Assembly (NCBI GenBank): GCA_963749495.1 | Contig: CAVVMW010000004.1 | Location: 864,183-928,182 of the forward strand | Origin: an uncultured bacterium | GTDB taxonomy: Bacteria > Verrucomicrobiota > Verrucomicrobiia > Limisphaerales > UBA8199 | Length of the DNA stretch: 64,000 nucleotides | Direction: 5' to 3' | Part shown: positions 8,987 through 18,258 of the stretch, in pieces | Numbering within the stretch: position 1 is the first letter of the stretch | How the letters are laid out: every line of letters begins with the position of its first letter | Notes under the pieces: generated by a model | The model's database searches: none | The model's input: the letters and a program-made list of their open reading frames with translations, nothing else | What the model was told of the DNA's origin: nothing | Program-made: the position numbers and the translations under genes

Positions 8987-9778
8987 TCATTGGTTCTGAA
9001 TCCAGAGCCGGTAATACGAACGGTCCGCGTTGTTGGTATGGGAAAGCGTGATCTGGCCGCCGTTGCCATTCACGGTTGAGACATCCATCCATTGGCCGGC
9101 GGGCAGGTTGGTGGAGTATTGGAGCGTGTAGCGCAGCAGGCTCGAGGAGTTGAACGACATCTGGATCTGGCCGGCTTGCGGGATCGTGATGCCGTAGAGA
9201 TTCGTGCGGCACTGGCCGGGGGTGCAAGTGGAAGCGCATGTGGAACTGCACGTGACAGACGGATAACAAGTGATGCCTCCGCCATAACAGGTGGGGCCCT
9301 GGCAGGTGTTCATGGGGGAACAGGTTGTGCCGCTGCCGCACGTGTCGCCGGTGCACGTGGGCATGCCGCCGGTGGGGCAGAGGGGAAAGCATGTCGGGCC
9401 GGCGTGTGTGGTGGGCGGGCATGGCCCATTGCAGCTCGGCTCCGCCGGGCAGGTCGCGCCGTTCACCGTGACCATAAGGGGCATTGGGACCCTCCTGGGG
9501 CCGCCCGCCGGAGTCGCGGGAGTGGCCTCGGCCGCCAGGCTGTGCCAGCGGGTTCCTTCAATCACGATTATCTCGCCTGCGGTGGGTGCAGCCGGGCGCG
9601 CCCGGCCCTGAGCGGCCAACGGAACGCGATCCTGGGAGGCGAACTGCGCAAAGGCCTGGTGCACCGAGTCCGCAAACAGCGGCGAATCCTCCGGCTCGTC
9701 GAAGCCCGCAGCCACCACCTGGCAGGGGCCGGACAGCCCGAAAAGGAGGAGCCACACGAAGGTGCGCGCATTTGCCAT
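8987..9778 (-). CDS. Secreted Thr-Cys-repeat protein with C-terminal YTLQYSTNL...YYRL domain (263 aa)
   Basis: Signal-peptide-like start MANARTFVWLLLFGLSGPCQVVA. An 82-aa tract holds 15 Cys, 11 of them as TC dipeptides. The longer ORF-track start runs through a REP. Confidence 0.8.
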   Translation of the reverse strand: MANARTFVWLLLFGLSGPCQVVAAGFDEPEDSPLFADSVHQAFAQFASQDRVPLAAQGRARPAAPTAGEIIVIEGTRWHSLAAEATPATPAGGPRRVPMPLMVTVNGATCPAEPSCNGPCPPTTHAGPTCFPLCPTGGMPTCTGDTCGSGTTCSPMNTCQGPTCYGGGITCYPSVTCSSTCASTCTPGQCRTNLYGITIPQAGQIQMSFNSSSLLRYTLQYSTNLPAGQWMDVSTVNGNGGQITLSHTNNADRSYYRLWIQNQ

Positions 9779-9933
9779 TGAAAATGAGGGCCCCATATGG
9801 AGGGTGTTTTGTGTATGAGCCACTTCACGATGGATGTCGAGCGTTTTCTCGGGTTGTAGGCAGCCCAGGGTGCATCTTGCCTTTACCACCAGCCGGGCGG
9901 AAAACGAAAGGACGCCACGCGGGCGCCCGGATT

Positions 9934-10157
9934 CATCCCGGAGGGATGAAAGACGGTAGCCGGGGGTCGAACCGTAGCGAGACCCCCGGTCCATTGGCAA
10001 TGTGGGTCTGCATCCCGGAGGGATGCCAGAAGGCCACCTGCTCCATGCGCGCGGGCTTCTGGCACCCCGTTCCGGGGTGCAGGCCCTTCTGCCTGTCAAC
10101 CGGGGGTCGTGGCGACGCCACGACCCCCGGCTACCTTCCGGCAACCCTCCGGGTTGC
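9934..10157. repeat. REP-like multi-hairpin element (CATCCCGGAGGGATG family)
   Basis: Hairpins catcccggagggatg x2, gcaccccgttccggggtgc and caaccctccgggttg, with GGTAGCCGGGGGTCG / CGACCCCCGGCTACC arms. Confidence 0.85.
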
Positions 10158-10260
10158 GCCGAGTCTTGGCTGGCGTCCGGTTCCGGCCGCTGCTCCTGCC
10201 CCGAGATGGCGGTACTGTCAAGATACGCCCGACAGCCCAGCCACGGAGCGTCGCCAGAAT

Positions 10261-11373
10261 TCAGCCCCTGGCGACAAACACGAAATAGGCCACCAGGATT
10301 GACGCCAGCAGGTACGTCAGCCAGCCGGCCTCGCGGCCCCTGCCGCTCAACAGCTTGATCGCGGCATAGCCGATGATGCCCAGGGCCAGGCCGTCCGCAA
10401 TCGAATAGGACAGCGGTATGCCGACCACGGCCAGAAAGGCGGGAATCGACTCGCTGGCGTCTTTCCAATCAATGCGGGCGGCGCTTTGCAGCATCATCGC
10501 GCCAACGATGACCAGCGCCGGCGCCGTAATGGGAGGATAGCTGCCCACCATCGCAATCAACGGGCTGAAAAACAGCGCCAGCAAAAACAGCGCGGCCACC
10601 ACCAGCCCGGTCAGGCCCGTGCGCCCGCCCTGCTCCACCCCGGCGGCGCTCTCGACAAAGCTGGTCACCGTGCTCGTGCCCAGCGCCGCCCCGGCCACGG
10701 TTCCCACTGCGTCGGACACCATCGCCTCCTTGGCCCGGGGCAGCCGGTTGTCTTTCATGAACCCGGCCTGCTCGCACACGCCGACGAGCGTGCCGATGGA
10801 GTCAAAGACCAGCATGAACAGGAAGACAAAAACAAACGGCAACATCTGCGGGGCCAGCGCGTGCGGCAGGTCCATCTTCAGAAAGGTCGGGGCCATCGAG
10901 GGCGGTGAGCCCACAATGCCTTTGGCCAATTCAAACCGCTGCACCAGGGCCGAGCCGGCCACGGCCGGAGACGAAGCGGCTCCGGGCACCTGGGGCAGGG
11001 CCAACTTCAGCGAGATCGCCAGCGCCGCCCCGCCCACGATCCCCCACAGAATCGCCCCGCGTGCCTTGCGCGCCTGGAGCACCGACGTCAGCAGCAGCCC
11101 AAAGAAAAAGTTCTCCCCCATGCCCGGCGCCTGCGCGATCGGGTAGCGGGCATAAGCCGCCATGAGCGCCGTGGCCAGCGCTGCCGAAAGGCATGTGGCA
11201 GTCGTCACCGCGCCGAAGTCCATGCCCGTTGGCTTGCCAAACATCGTCCCCGAAAGCACCGCCGGCTGCACGAAGATGATGTAGGCCATCGTCAGAGAAG
11301 TGGTCAGCCCAGCCAGCGCCTCCGTGCGCACGCTGGTCCGGTTCTCTGCCAAACGAAAAAGACGTTCCAACAT
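10261..11373 (-). CDS. NCS2/AzgA-family purine permease, apparently with an in-frame internal deletion
   Basis: RTEALAGLTTSLTMAYIIFVQP, APGMG, FVESAAGVEQGGRTGLT and LSYSIADG motifs. Confidence 0.9.
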   Translation of the reverse strand: MLERLFRLAENRTSVRTEALAGLTTSLTMAYIIFVQPAVLSGTMFGKPTGMDFGAVTTATCLSAALATALMAAYARYPIAQAPGMGENFFFGLLLTSVLQARKARGAILWGIVGGAALAISLKLALPQVPGAASSPAVAGSALVQRFELAKGIVGSPPSMAPTFLKMDLPHALAPQMLPFVFVFLFMLVFDSIGTLVGVCEQAGFMKDNRLPRAKEAMVSDAVGTVAGAALGTSTVTSFVESAAGVEQGGRTGLTGLVVAALFLLALFFSPLIAMVGSYPPITAPALVIVGAMMLQSAARIDWKDASESIPAFLAVVGIPLSYSIADGLALGIIGYAAIKLLSGRGREAGWLTYLLASILVAYFVFVARG

Positions 11374-11409
11374 AGCTTCCTGCGCCAGCCTGCTCTAAGA
11401 GCGGCTGGC

Positions 11410-11575
11410 AGAAGTAGATCAGCTCCGCCACGATTACAGGCAGTACCACGAGAACGACCTCTCCGTTATCGGCCCGTTCCACCAGACGGCGGGCCTTGAC
11501 CGCCATCTCATGGGGTTCACCGGTGAAGAACCTCGCCAGGACGTTCGTGTCAACAAGCTGTCGTTGCACGGCCAC
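11410..11575 (-). pseudogene. VapC/PIN toxin, N-terminal ~55 aa only
   Basis: QLVDTNVLARFF...VIVAELIY follows the antitoxin, then runs into the permease leader. Confidence 0.75.
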
Positions 11576-11579
11576 GATT

Positions 11580-11837
11580 TTACTCAACGCCTTCTTTGGC
11601 CGCGTGCCGTGCGGCGGCCCGCGCTGCCGCTTCACGTTCAGCGGCGCGTCCGGGAAACTTTTTGGGCGATTTGATGCTGCCGAACAAATCCAAGGCGCTC
11701 GGCTGTGGGCGCACCACCACCGTGCCGTCATCACGGAGAGACCAAGAAAGACGTTGCCGAGGTTTGACCTTGAGCGCCTCGCGAATCTCCTGCGGCACCG
11801 TGGTTTGCCCTTTATCTGTCAAAGTCGAGATTGCCAT
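11580..11837 (-). CDS. AbrB/MazE/SpoVT-family antitoxin
   Basis: STLTDKGQTTVPQEIREAL signature. Confidence 0.9.
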   Translation of the reverse strand: MAISTLTDKGQTTVPQEIREALKVKPRQRLSWSLRDDGTVVVRPQPSALDLFGSIKSPKKFPGRAAEREAAARAAARHAAKEGVE

Positions 11838-12000
11838 CGGTTAATCTTACCTTGCGACATTGCATTGCCGCAAGCACTAAAATTACTCGCACAATCACCA
11901 TTACCACACAGGCAGGAAAGCCCGCCCTGCTGGAAGGGGCTCCTGCCCAATCCTGGCAGACGCCGCCGGCGCTCAGCAAGCGTGTTATCCTTCCTTGGGT

Positions 12001-12216
12001 GGCGCATCTGGACACTCTGCTCCCGGAGTGCGCCCGTCCCCGGGCGCAGCAGCGACGGAGCGGGCAGGCGCGCCGGCGTACTTGGGCGTTGCGCTGGCTG
12101 CGGATGTCGCTGCGCCCGAGGACGGGCGCAGCAGCGACGGAGCGGGCACGCGCGCCGGAGTACTTGGGCGTTGCGCTGGCTGCGGACGTCGCTGCGCCCG
12201 AGGACGGGCGCACTCC
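12001..12216. repeat. REP-like element family A (GGAGTGCGCCCGTCC...GGACGGGCGCACTCC), internally duplicated
   Basis: Related copies at 18076-18185 and 30470-30580. Confidence 0.9.
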
Positions 12217-12288
12217 CATCTCGCCGCAGCCGGTGGGGGCGTTCCCATAAGGCTCGACAATTCGAGCTGTCCGCGCAACACTGTGGGC

Positions 12289-12894
12289 ATGGCTACCGAT
12301 GCCGATGCCCCGTTGGATCTGCTCTGGAAGGAATACGGCCTGGGCTTTCGGGATTTCGACGATCTGACCCTGGCGCGGTGGCTGGCGCAGACCTTGGGCC
12401 AGTTGGAGGGCAAGGTCTGGCGGTTTTCCCATCCGCTGCTGGGGGCTTACCGCCTGGCGGCCCAGTTGGCGCACGAACGCCAGGTCTGGCTCAAGCTCCT
12501 GGTGACCCTGCCCGCCGCCTACCCCGAGTCCGGCTGTTGCCGCGCCCCGATGCTGCCCCTGCTGACTCGCGACGTGCGCGAGACGGGCCTGGTCTGCCTC
12601 CATTGCAGCGAGGCGCTGGTCCCTTTCGAGGAGGTCCCCGCCGCGCTCCGGGCCGAGATCGAGACCTGGTCCGGCCAATACGGCCCCATCCACGCCGTCG
12701 CTCACTGGGACGATGCACAGCGGCGAAGGGCCAGCGACTACGACCGCGCCTACGAGCGCGCCGCTGAAGAGGCGGAGGTGCTGCTGCGGCAGGCCGGCCA
12801 GGTCCTGGCGCCCAAGCTGCTGGACTTCTACCCCGCGATCGTTTGGGAAGATTCCGATGAGTGCCTCGAAGTCCGCCCCGAGGATGTGCTCTAA
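12289..12894 (+). CDS. Conserved hypothetical protein with possible Zn-binding Cys pairs
   Basis: GC3-biased coding; CCRAP and CLHC motifs. Confidence 0.8.
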   Translation: MATDADAPLDLLWKEYGLGFRDFDDLTLARWLAQTLGQLEGKVWRFSHPLLGAYRLAAQLAHERQVWLKLLVTLPAAYPESGCCRAPMLPLLTRDVRETGLVCLHCSEALVPFEEVPAALRAEIETWSGQYGPIHAVAHWDDAQRRRASDYDRAYERAAEEAEVLLRQAGQVLAPKLLDFYPAIVWEDSDECLEVRPEDVL

Positions 12895-12895
12895 G

Positions 12896-13021
12896 AAAGG
12901 CTAAAGGCTAAAGGCTAAAGGCCAAAGTCGGAAAGGCCGAAGGCTGGAGACCGGCCGAGTGCCAAGCTGGCTTCCGCATCCCTTCGGCACTTCAGCCTTT
13001 AGCCTTCAGCCTTTAGCCTTT
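12896..13021. repeat. Inverted heptamer array (CTAAAGG)n ... (CCTTTAG/CCTTCAG)n between convergent genes
   Basis: Seen directly. Confidence 0.9.
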
Positions 13022-13026
13022 CCCTA

Positions 13027-13416
13027 TCACGCCTGAAGCCAATAGATAAGGGCGACCTGGATTAGGCAAATGGCGGCGATGGCGAGCCAGGTGAGCCATT
13101 CACGGAAGCCGAGGCCGGTCTGGGAGGTCTGGGCGAGCCAGAATTGGAGCTTGAGGGCGCCAATCTCGATGACGTCCCCGTTTCGCAGGCGCGTTTGGCT
13201 GACCGGTTGGCCGTTGACGGTCGCCAGGGCCTCGGGTTGGACGCTCAGGAGGAAGCCCTCGCGCCGCTTGAAATCCAGTTGCAGGTGCCGCTCCCACACC
13301 CCCGGGTCCTCCAACCGCAGGTCGGCGGAGGCGGACCGGCCGATCCGTACAGGAAAACGGCGAGCGGCCCAGGAGCCGCCCGCCTTGTTCCCGGAGAGGA
13401 TGTTCAGTTGGATCAC
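13027..13416 (-). CDS. FHA-domain protein with C-terminal TM helix
   Basis: RIGRS...LEDPGVWERH...VNG...LRNGDVIEIG. Start overlaps the wza stop. Confidence 0.85.
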   Translation of the reverse strand: MIQLNILSGNKAGGSWAARRFPVRIGRSASADLRLEDPGVWERHLQLDFKRREGFLLSVQPEALATVNGQPVSQTRLRNGDVIEIGALKLQFWLAQTSQTGLGFREWLTWLAIAAICLIQVALIYWLQA

Positions 13417-14147
13417 TTTTGCCAGGGCATGCCCTTGCGTGGAACGATGATCAGGTCGCCCGGATAAACCGGCAGGTCGGCCTTGGGATCCCTCATGGCC
13501 TTGATGCAGTCCTCGGTCTCGATCTTGCCGTTGGAGCGAGTCACCCTCACCTTGCGTTTCCTGGCAAAGTCGGTGAAATCGCCCGCGCTGGCAACGGCCT
13601 TGAGGACCGTCATGGCCGCGCCCGGATAGGCATAGGCGTTAGGGTTTCGGACCTCGCCCTTGATGCTGTAGCGGTAGCTCATTGCCTGGACGGTGACCGT
13701 CATGCGTATGTAATACTTCGGGACGTAGATGTTCCGGATAGCGGTCTCGAGTTCGCCCGTAGTCTTGCCTGCAGCCTGGACTGACTTCTCCAGGGGCAGC
13801 GGGATCGAGCCGTCCTCCTTGATAACCGTTTCTATCGGGAGGAGATTTCCCGCATCGAGGAAGATGATCTTCACAATATCCCCTGGGCGGAGCACTTCGG
13901 GGCCGGGCTGCCATTGGTTGGTGCCCGGCGCGGGGGCGTTGGTGTCGACGGCGCCGGGGGTGGCGCCCGCGCCGGCGCCCGACTGGCTGGCGGTCGGCGC
14001 GGCCGTTGCGCCGCCGGGCGAGTCGCTCGACTGCGCGGTGGGAGTGCGGCACCCGGCCAGGAACATCCCGGCGGCGAGCAGCCCGCAGACCGCGGCGCAC
14101 TTGCCCAATGTCCGGAGGATGCCCAATCTCGATCTCGATCTCATCAT
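13413..14147 (-). CDS. wza: Polysaccharide export lipoprotein (Wza/Poly_export-SLBB)
   Basis: Lipobox LAGC; LRPGD, DGSIPLP, GEVRNP, AGDFTDFA and YPGDLIIVP motifs. Confidence 0.9.
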   Translation of the reverse strand: MMRSRSRLGILRTLGKCAAVCGLLAAGMFLAGCRTPTAQSSDSPGGATAAPTASQSGAGAGATPGAVDTNAPAPGTNQWQPGPEVLRPGDIVKIIFLDAGNLLPIETVIKEDGSIPLPLEKSVQAAGKTTGELETAIRNIYVPKYYIRMTVTVQAMSYRYSIKGEVRNPNAYAYPGAAMTVLKAVASAGDFTDFARKRKVRVTRSNGKIETEDCIKAMRDPKADLPVYPGDLIIVPRKGMPWQK

Positions 14148-14171
14148 GGAGCCCGTCTTAATTAGATTGAC

Positions 14172-16372
14172 TTAGTACTTTGGCTTGAGGTCCAGCTTGG
14201 GTTTGTCTTCCGGGCCGGCCTTGTCTTTGTCTTTGCTCCCCTTGGGGGCGGCGCCCGAGCCGGAATCGGTCTCGTCGCTGCTGCTGCGGTAGTAGTAGTC
14301 GTGGTAGTAACCGCTATAATAATAGTAGCTCTCATCCTGCGACATGTTGATGTTGTTCAACACGATGCCGACGAGGTTGCCGCCGACCTTCTCGATGAGC
14401 TGCTTGGCGCGGATGTTCATCGGCTGCGGGTAGCGGCGGTATTGGATGACCTGCAGGGTCATGTCCACCTCGCTGGCCAGGATGGAGGCGTCGCTGACGC
14501 CCATGATCGGCGGGGAATCGAAGAAGACGAAGTCGTAGCGCTGTTTGAGGTCGCTGATGAGGTCCTTCATCTGCGCGGAGCTGAGGATGCCCAGCGAACT
14601 GCTGGGGAGCTTGCCGCTGGCCAGGAAGTCCAGGGACGGATTGTTGGTGGTCTGGATGACCTCTTCGAGGCTGTTCTGCTTGAGGAGGTAGTTGGTGAGC
14701 CCGATGCTGTTGGTGACGCGGAGCATCTTGTGGAGGGTGGGCCGGCGCAAGTCGGAGTCCACCACGATGACGCGCTGGCCGCTCTGGGCGAAGATGGAGG
14801 CGAGGTTGAAGACGGTGGTGGACTTGCCCTCGCCGGCGCCGGCGCTGACGACGGCGATGCTGTTGAGCTTGTCGTCTTTGCGGGAGAACAGGATGTTGGT
14901 GCGCAGGACGCGGTAGGCCTCGGCGTGGGGGCTTTCGGCCCCCTCCTCGAGCATGAGGCCCACGTTTTGCGGGATGACGCCTAGCACCGGGGCCTGCAAG
15001 GCGCGCTCGACGTCATCAATGGTCTTGACGCTGGTGTCGAGGTACTCGATGAAGAACGCCAGGCCAACGCCGACGACCAGGCCGATGATGATGCCCAGGG
15101 CGATATTGAGCGGTTTGTTGGGCCGGACCGGCCTCATGCCCGGCACCGCGTTGTCGATGATGGTCACCATGATGGTCCTGGGCAGCGCCACATCCACGTT
15201 CTCCAGGCCGATCTTCATCTCGAGCATGCGGCGGAAAGTCAGCAGCTCATCGAGTCTGCGTTTGGCGTCGAAGTAGGGCTGGCTTTCGTTGGCCTTTTTG
15301 ATGTCCTCCATTTTGGCCTGTTCCAACTGGTTGCTGAGGGTCATCAGGCCCGAGAGTACGGCCCGGACCCTGACTTCCAGGCTCTTCATGATGCCCTGGA
15401 CACGCGCATCGATCTTGGCCTGGAGATCGGCTTGCGAGGCGTAGGCCTTTTTGTAGTCCGGATGGTCCGGGCCGATGTCCTTGACCAGGGCCAGGAGCCG
15501 TTGGTCGGCAAAATTCTTTTGTTCGAGCAGCGAGGCCAGGAGGTTCTCACCGGGGACCGTGTTGGGCAGGGTCTGGACCAGTTCGGCGGGGGTGAGGTTG
15601 GTGAGGTTCTCCAGGAGGGTGCCCTGGCGCACGTACTCGGCCTCGGTCCTCGAGGCGCAGGACGTTGATATGGCGGATGGACTCGGCCGTGAGGAGCGGG
15701 GCAATGGCGGATTCACTTTGGCTGGAGTCGGGGATCCTGAGCGTCCGTCGCAGGAAATCCAGGTTGCTCCGGGCCGTGTTGACCAGCGCTTCCTTTTCAC
15801 TGAGTTTATCCATCAGGGCGCTGATGCCGCCCCGGCTCAAGTCGGTCTTCTCCTTTTTGCGGTGCTCGCGGTAGGCAGCGGCGATGGCGTTGGCGATATC
15901 GGCGGCTTCCTGGGCTTTCTCGCTGAAGACCTGGATCTCGATGAGGATGGTGTTGCGAACCGGGTGCAGGGACATCCGGTTCTTGAGCACGCCCATGCAC
16001 TCCTGCTTGCTGAGCTTGTCGCCGTTGGCGTATTTCTTGCCCCATTTCTCCTGCAGGCCCTGCTCCTCGACCACCCGGCCCAGGATCAGTTCGGACTGGA
16101 TGACCTCGAATTCGGTTTGAATGAAATACGGGTCATAGGTCATGGGCAAGGTGCCCGTGAGGAGGCCGCCGATGTCCGCCTGGTCGCGCTCGACCTTGAT
16201 GCGGGCGGTGCTCGAGGTAAGACTCCGGCAGGATGAAGGTGACCAGCGTGGCGGTGATGACCACCAGCAGGAAAACGGCCATGATGACGGTCTTGCGGAT
16301 GCGGATGATGCGCCAGTAATCCAGGAAGTGCAGCTTGGTTTCCTGAGGCGGCGTGACTTTCAGTGGATCCAT
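14172..16372 (-). CDS. wzc: Wzc-type chain-length determinant / BY-kinase, split by two apparent frameshifts (~16217, ~15650)
   Basis: LDYWRIIRIRK N-terminus, Walker A AGEGKST, DSDLRRP, DSPP and a C-terminal Tyr cluster YYYYSGYYHDYYY. Confidence 0.9.
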
Positions 16373-16406
16373 AATACAATATCACTCTCTGACCATGACT
16401 AGCACC

Positions 16407-16446
16407 AAAACGAAAAGGGGGCTTAGTCGAAACCGCCAAGCCCCCC
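16407..16446 (-). terminator. Putative intrinsic terminator after the barrel gene
   Basis: Minus-strand hairpin GGGGGCTTGGCGGTTTCGACTAAGCCCCC followed by TTTTCGTTTT. Confidence 0.6.
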
Positions 16447-16471
16447 CGTCAAAACATAATCGCCAGAACAA

Positions 16472-17764
16472 TTAGTAGCTGGCAGTAAGCCCCACGTAAA
16501 CTCGGTTTCTGTCAAAACCACGAAACGCGATCTCCGACTCCAGCCGGTCGTAATTGTAACCAACGTCCGAGGAGACATAGTTGCTGAACCGGTATTGGAG
16601 GTCCGCGCCGAAGGAGTAATAATTGTCGGTCAGGCTCTGGAACTGGCCGGCATTATAGGCCGAGTCCTGGTACTGGCCAGTCAGGCTGACATAGAGGTTG
16701 GGGGCCAGCCGGTGATTGACCGTGCCATAGACCGAGGAGGTCTCGGAGTCCAGGGTGAGGGTGCCGTGCGAGCCGTTGCCGATGAGGTCGGTCGCCATGC
16801 GGTCGTGGACAAACCCGGCCTCGACGTAGCTCTCCACGCCGTAGTTCCAGCGCAGGCTCAACTGCACGAAGGGCGTGACGTTGCCGGAGACGGTCGGGTC
16901 GTTGTAGTAATCGGTGTAGCGGGCGCCCACGCGCAGCGAGCCGGTCAACTGTGGGGTGAAGGTCTCATCGGCTCCGACGTAACCGTACTGGCCCCGGCTA
17001 TTGCGGGATTCGCTGTTGAAGGCGGTGCCCGGGATGAGGGTTTCGTTGCCCGTGAAATCGGTCTCGCTAAACTGGTAGCCGACAACGCCCACGGTCTGCG
17101 GGGTCAACTGCCAGCGGCTGTCGAGGTGGACCGCGTGTTCGAGGCGGTCCAACAAGCCGGCGAGGCTCGGGGCGGGGTTGTCGTTGGCGTATTTATAAAG
17201 GGCGTTGGCGTAGCCCACCTCGAAGCCCAGCACCGGGGTGAGTTGGCCGTCGAGGGTGGCGTTGCCGTAATTGCGGATGTTGTTGCCGGAGGCGCGGGCA
17301 AAGGTGGCGTACATGTTGCCGGCGCGCAGGAAGTCCGGTTCCTGGCCGATGACGAACGAGTCGTTCACCTTGGCGTGCCAGAGCTGGTTGAAGGAGTGGT
17401 CCAGCGCGGCGTTGAACGTGTGGGTCATGTCAACCGTGTCCGTGTTGCCCACCGGCTTGAACTGGTAATCCTTGAAGGAGTAAATATAGCCCAGGTTGAT
17501 GCTGGTCTGCTCCCACGGCCAGCTCAGGAGGATCGACGGGCTCACCTCGAACCCGAAGGTGCTGCGGTGAAACTTCTCACCGTTGGAGGCGACCAGGGGA
17601 TTGTCGCTCGAGGCGCTGTTGATGTTGTCATCGTAGAACCCCCGCAACGTCGCGGAGACGCTCCAGGGCTTCGTACTTACCGATGTCAACCCCGAGTCCG
17701 TAGCCGCTTGCAGACCGGACGCGCCGAGGGCAACCAAACCGACAGAGGCAACGATTCTTTTCAT
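16472..17764 (-). CDS. EPS-associated outer-membrane beta-barrel protein
   Basis: Signal peptide MKRIVASVGLVALGASGLQA, LRGFYDDNI, amphipathic strands, C-terminal RNRVYVGLTASY. Confidence 0.85.
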   Translation of the reverse strand: MKRIVASVGLVALGASGLQAATDSGLTSVSTKPWSVSATLRGFYDDNINSASSDNPLVASNGEKFHRSTFGFEVSPSILLSWPWEQTSINLGYIYSFKDYQFKPVGNTDTVDMTHTFNAALDHSFNQLWHAKVNDSFVIGQEPDFLRAGNMYATFARASGNNIRNYGNATLDGQLTPVLGFEVGYANALYKYANDNPAPSLAGLLDRLEHAVHLDSRWQLTPQTVGVVGYQFSETDFTGNETLIPGTAFNSESRNSRGQYGYVGADETFTPQLTGSLRVGARYTDYYNDPTVSGNVTPFVQLSLRWNYGVESYVEAGFVHDRMATDLIGNGSHGTLTLDSETSSVYGTVNHRLAPNLYVSLTGQYQDSAYNAGQFQSLTDNYYSFGADLQYRFSNYVSSDVGYNYDRLESEIAFRGFDRNRVYVGLTASY

Positions 17765-18032
17765 AAAAACTTTATATGCTTGTTCACACCCGCAGAAGCA
17801 GTGCCAACACCACATTCAGCCGACTGGTGTTTTACTGAAAACGCACACCCATGTCAAAAAAAATTTTCGCCGATTTTTTGCCCTTCGCCGCCCAGGGGGT
17901 GGCCTCGGCCCAAGGCACAATTCCACACGCCCTGCTCAGGACCCGGCGGCAAATGGAACAATTCTGAGATTCAGACCGTGCCGGGCAGGCCCTGTTCAAA
18001 ACTTTTTCAAGAATTTTCAGGGTCCCCGTCAG

Positions 18033-18210
18033 ACGGGCGCATTCCGACACTGCCCCCGTCGGCTGCGGCGAGATGGGAGTGCGCCCGTCCTCGGGCGCAG
18101 CGCCATCCGCAGCCAGGGCAGCCGTCAAGTACTCCGGCGCACCTGCCCGCTCCGTCGCTGCTGCGCCCGGGGACGGGCGCACTCCGGGGGCAGTGTCGGG
18201 TTTTGCCCGT
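18033..18210. repeat. Composite repeat: GGGCGCATxCCGACACTGCCCC arms enclosing REP family A
   Basis: Outer inverted arms at 18033-18057 and 18186-18210; inner palindrome at 18076-18185. Confidence 0.85.
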
Positions 18211-18258
18211 CCGCGGCCCGACCCGCGCGGGGCGGTGCCGGGATGCCGCCGCTGACGG

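Noticed and set aside
9779..10468. 230-aa N-terminal extension of the TC-repeat protein given by the ORF track
   Set aside because: It runs through a REP and the end of the permease gene; the signal peptide begins at 9778.
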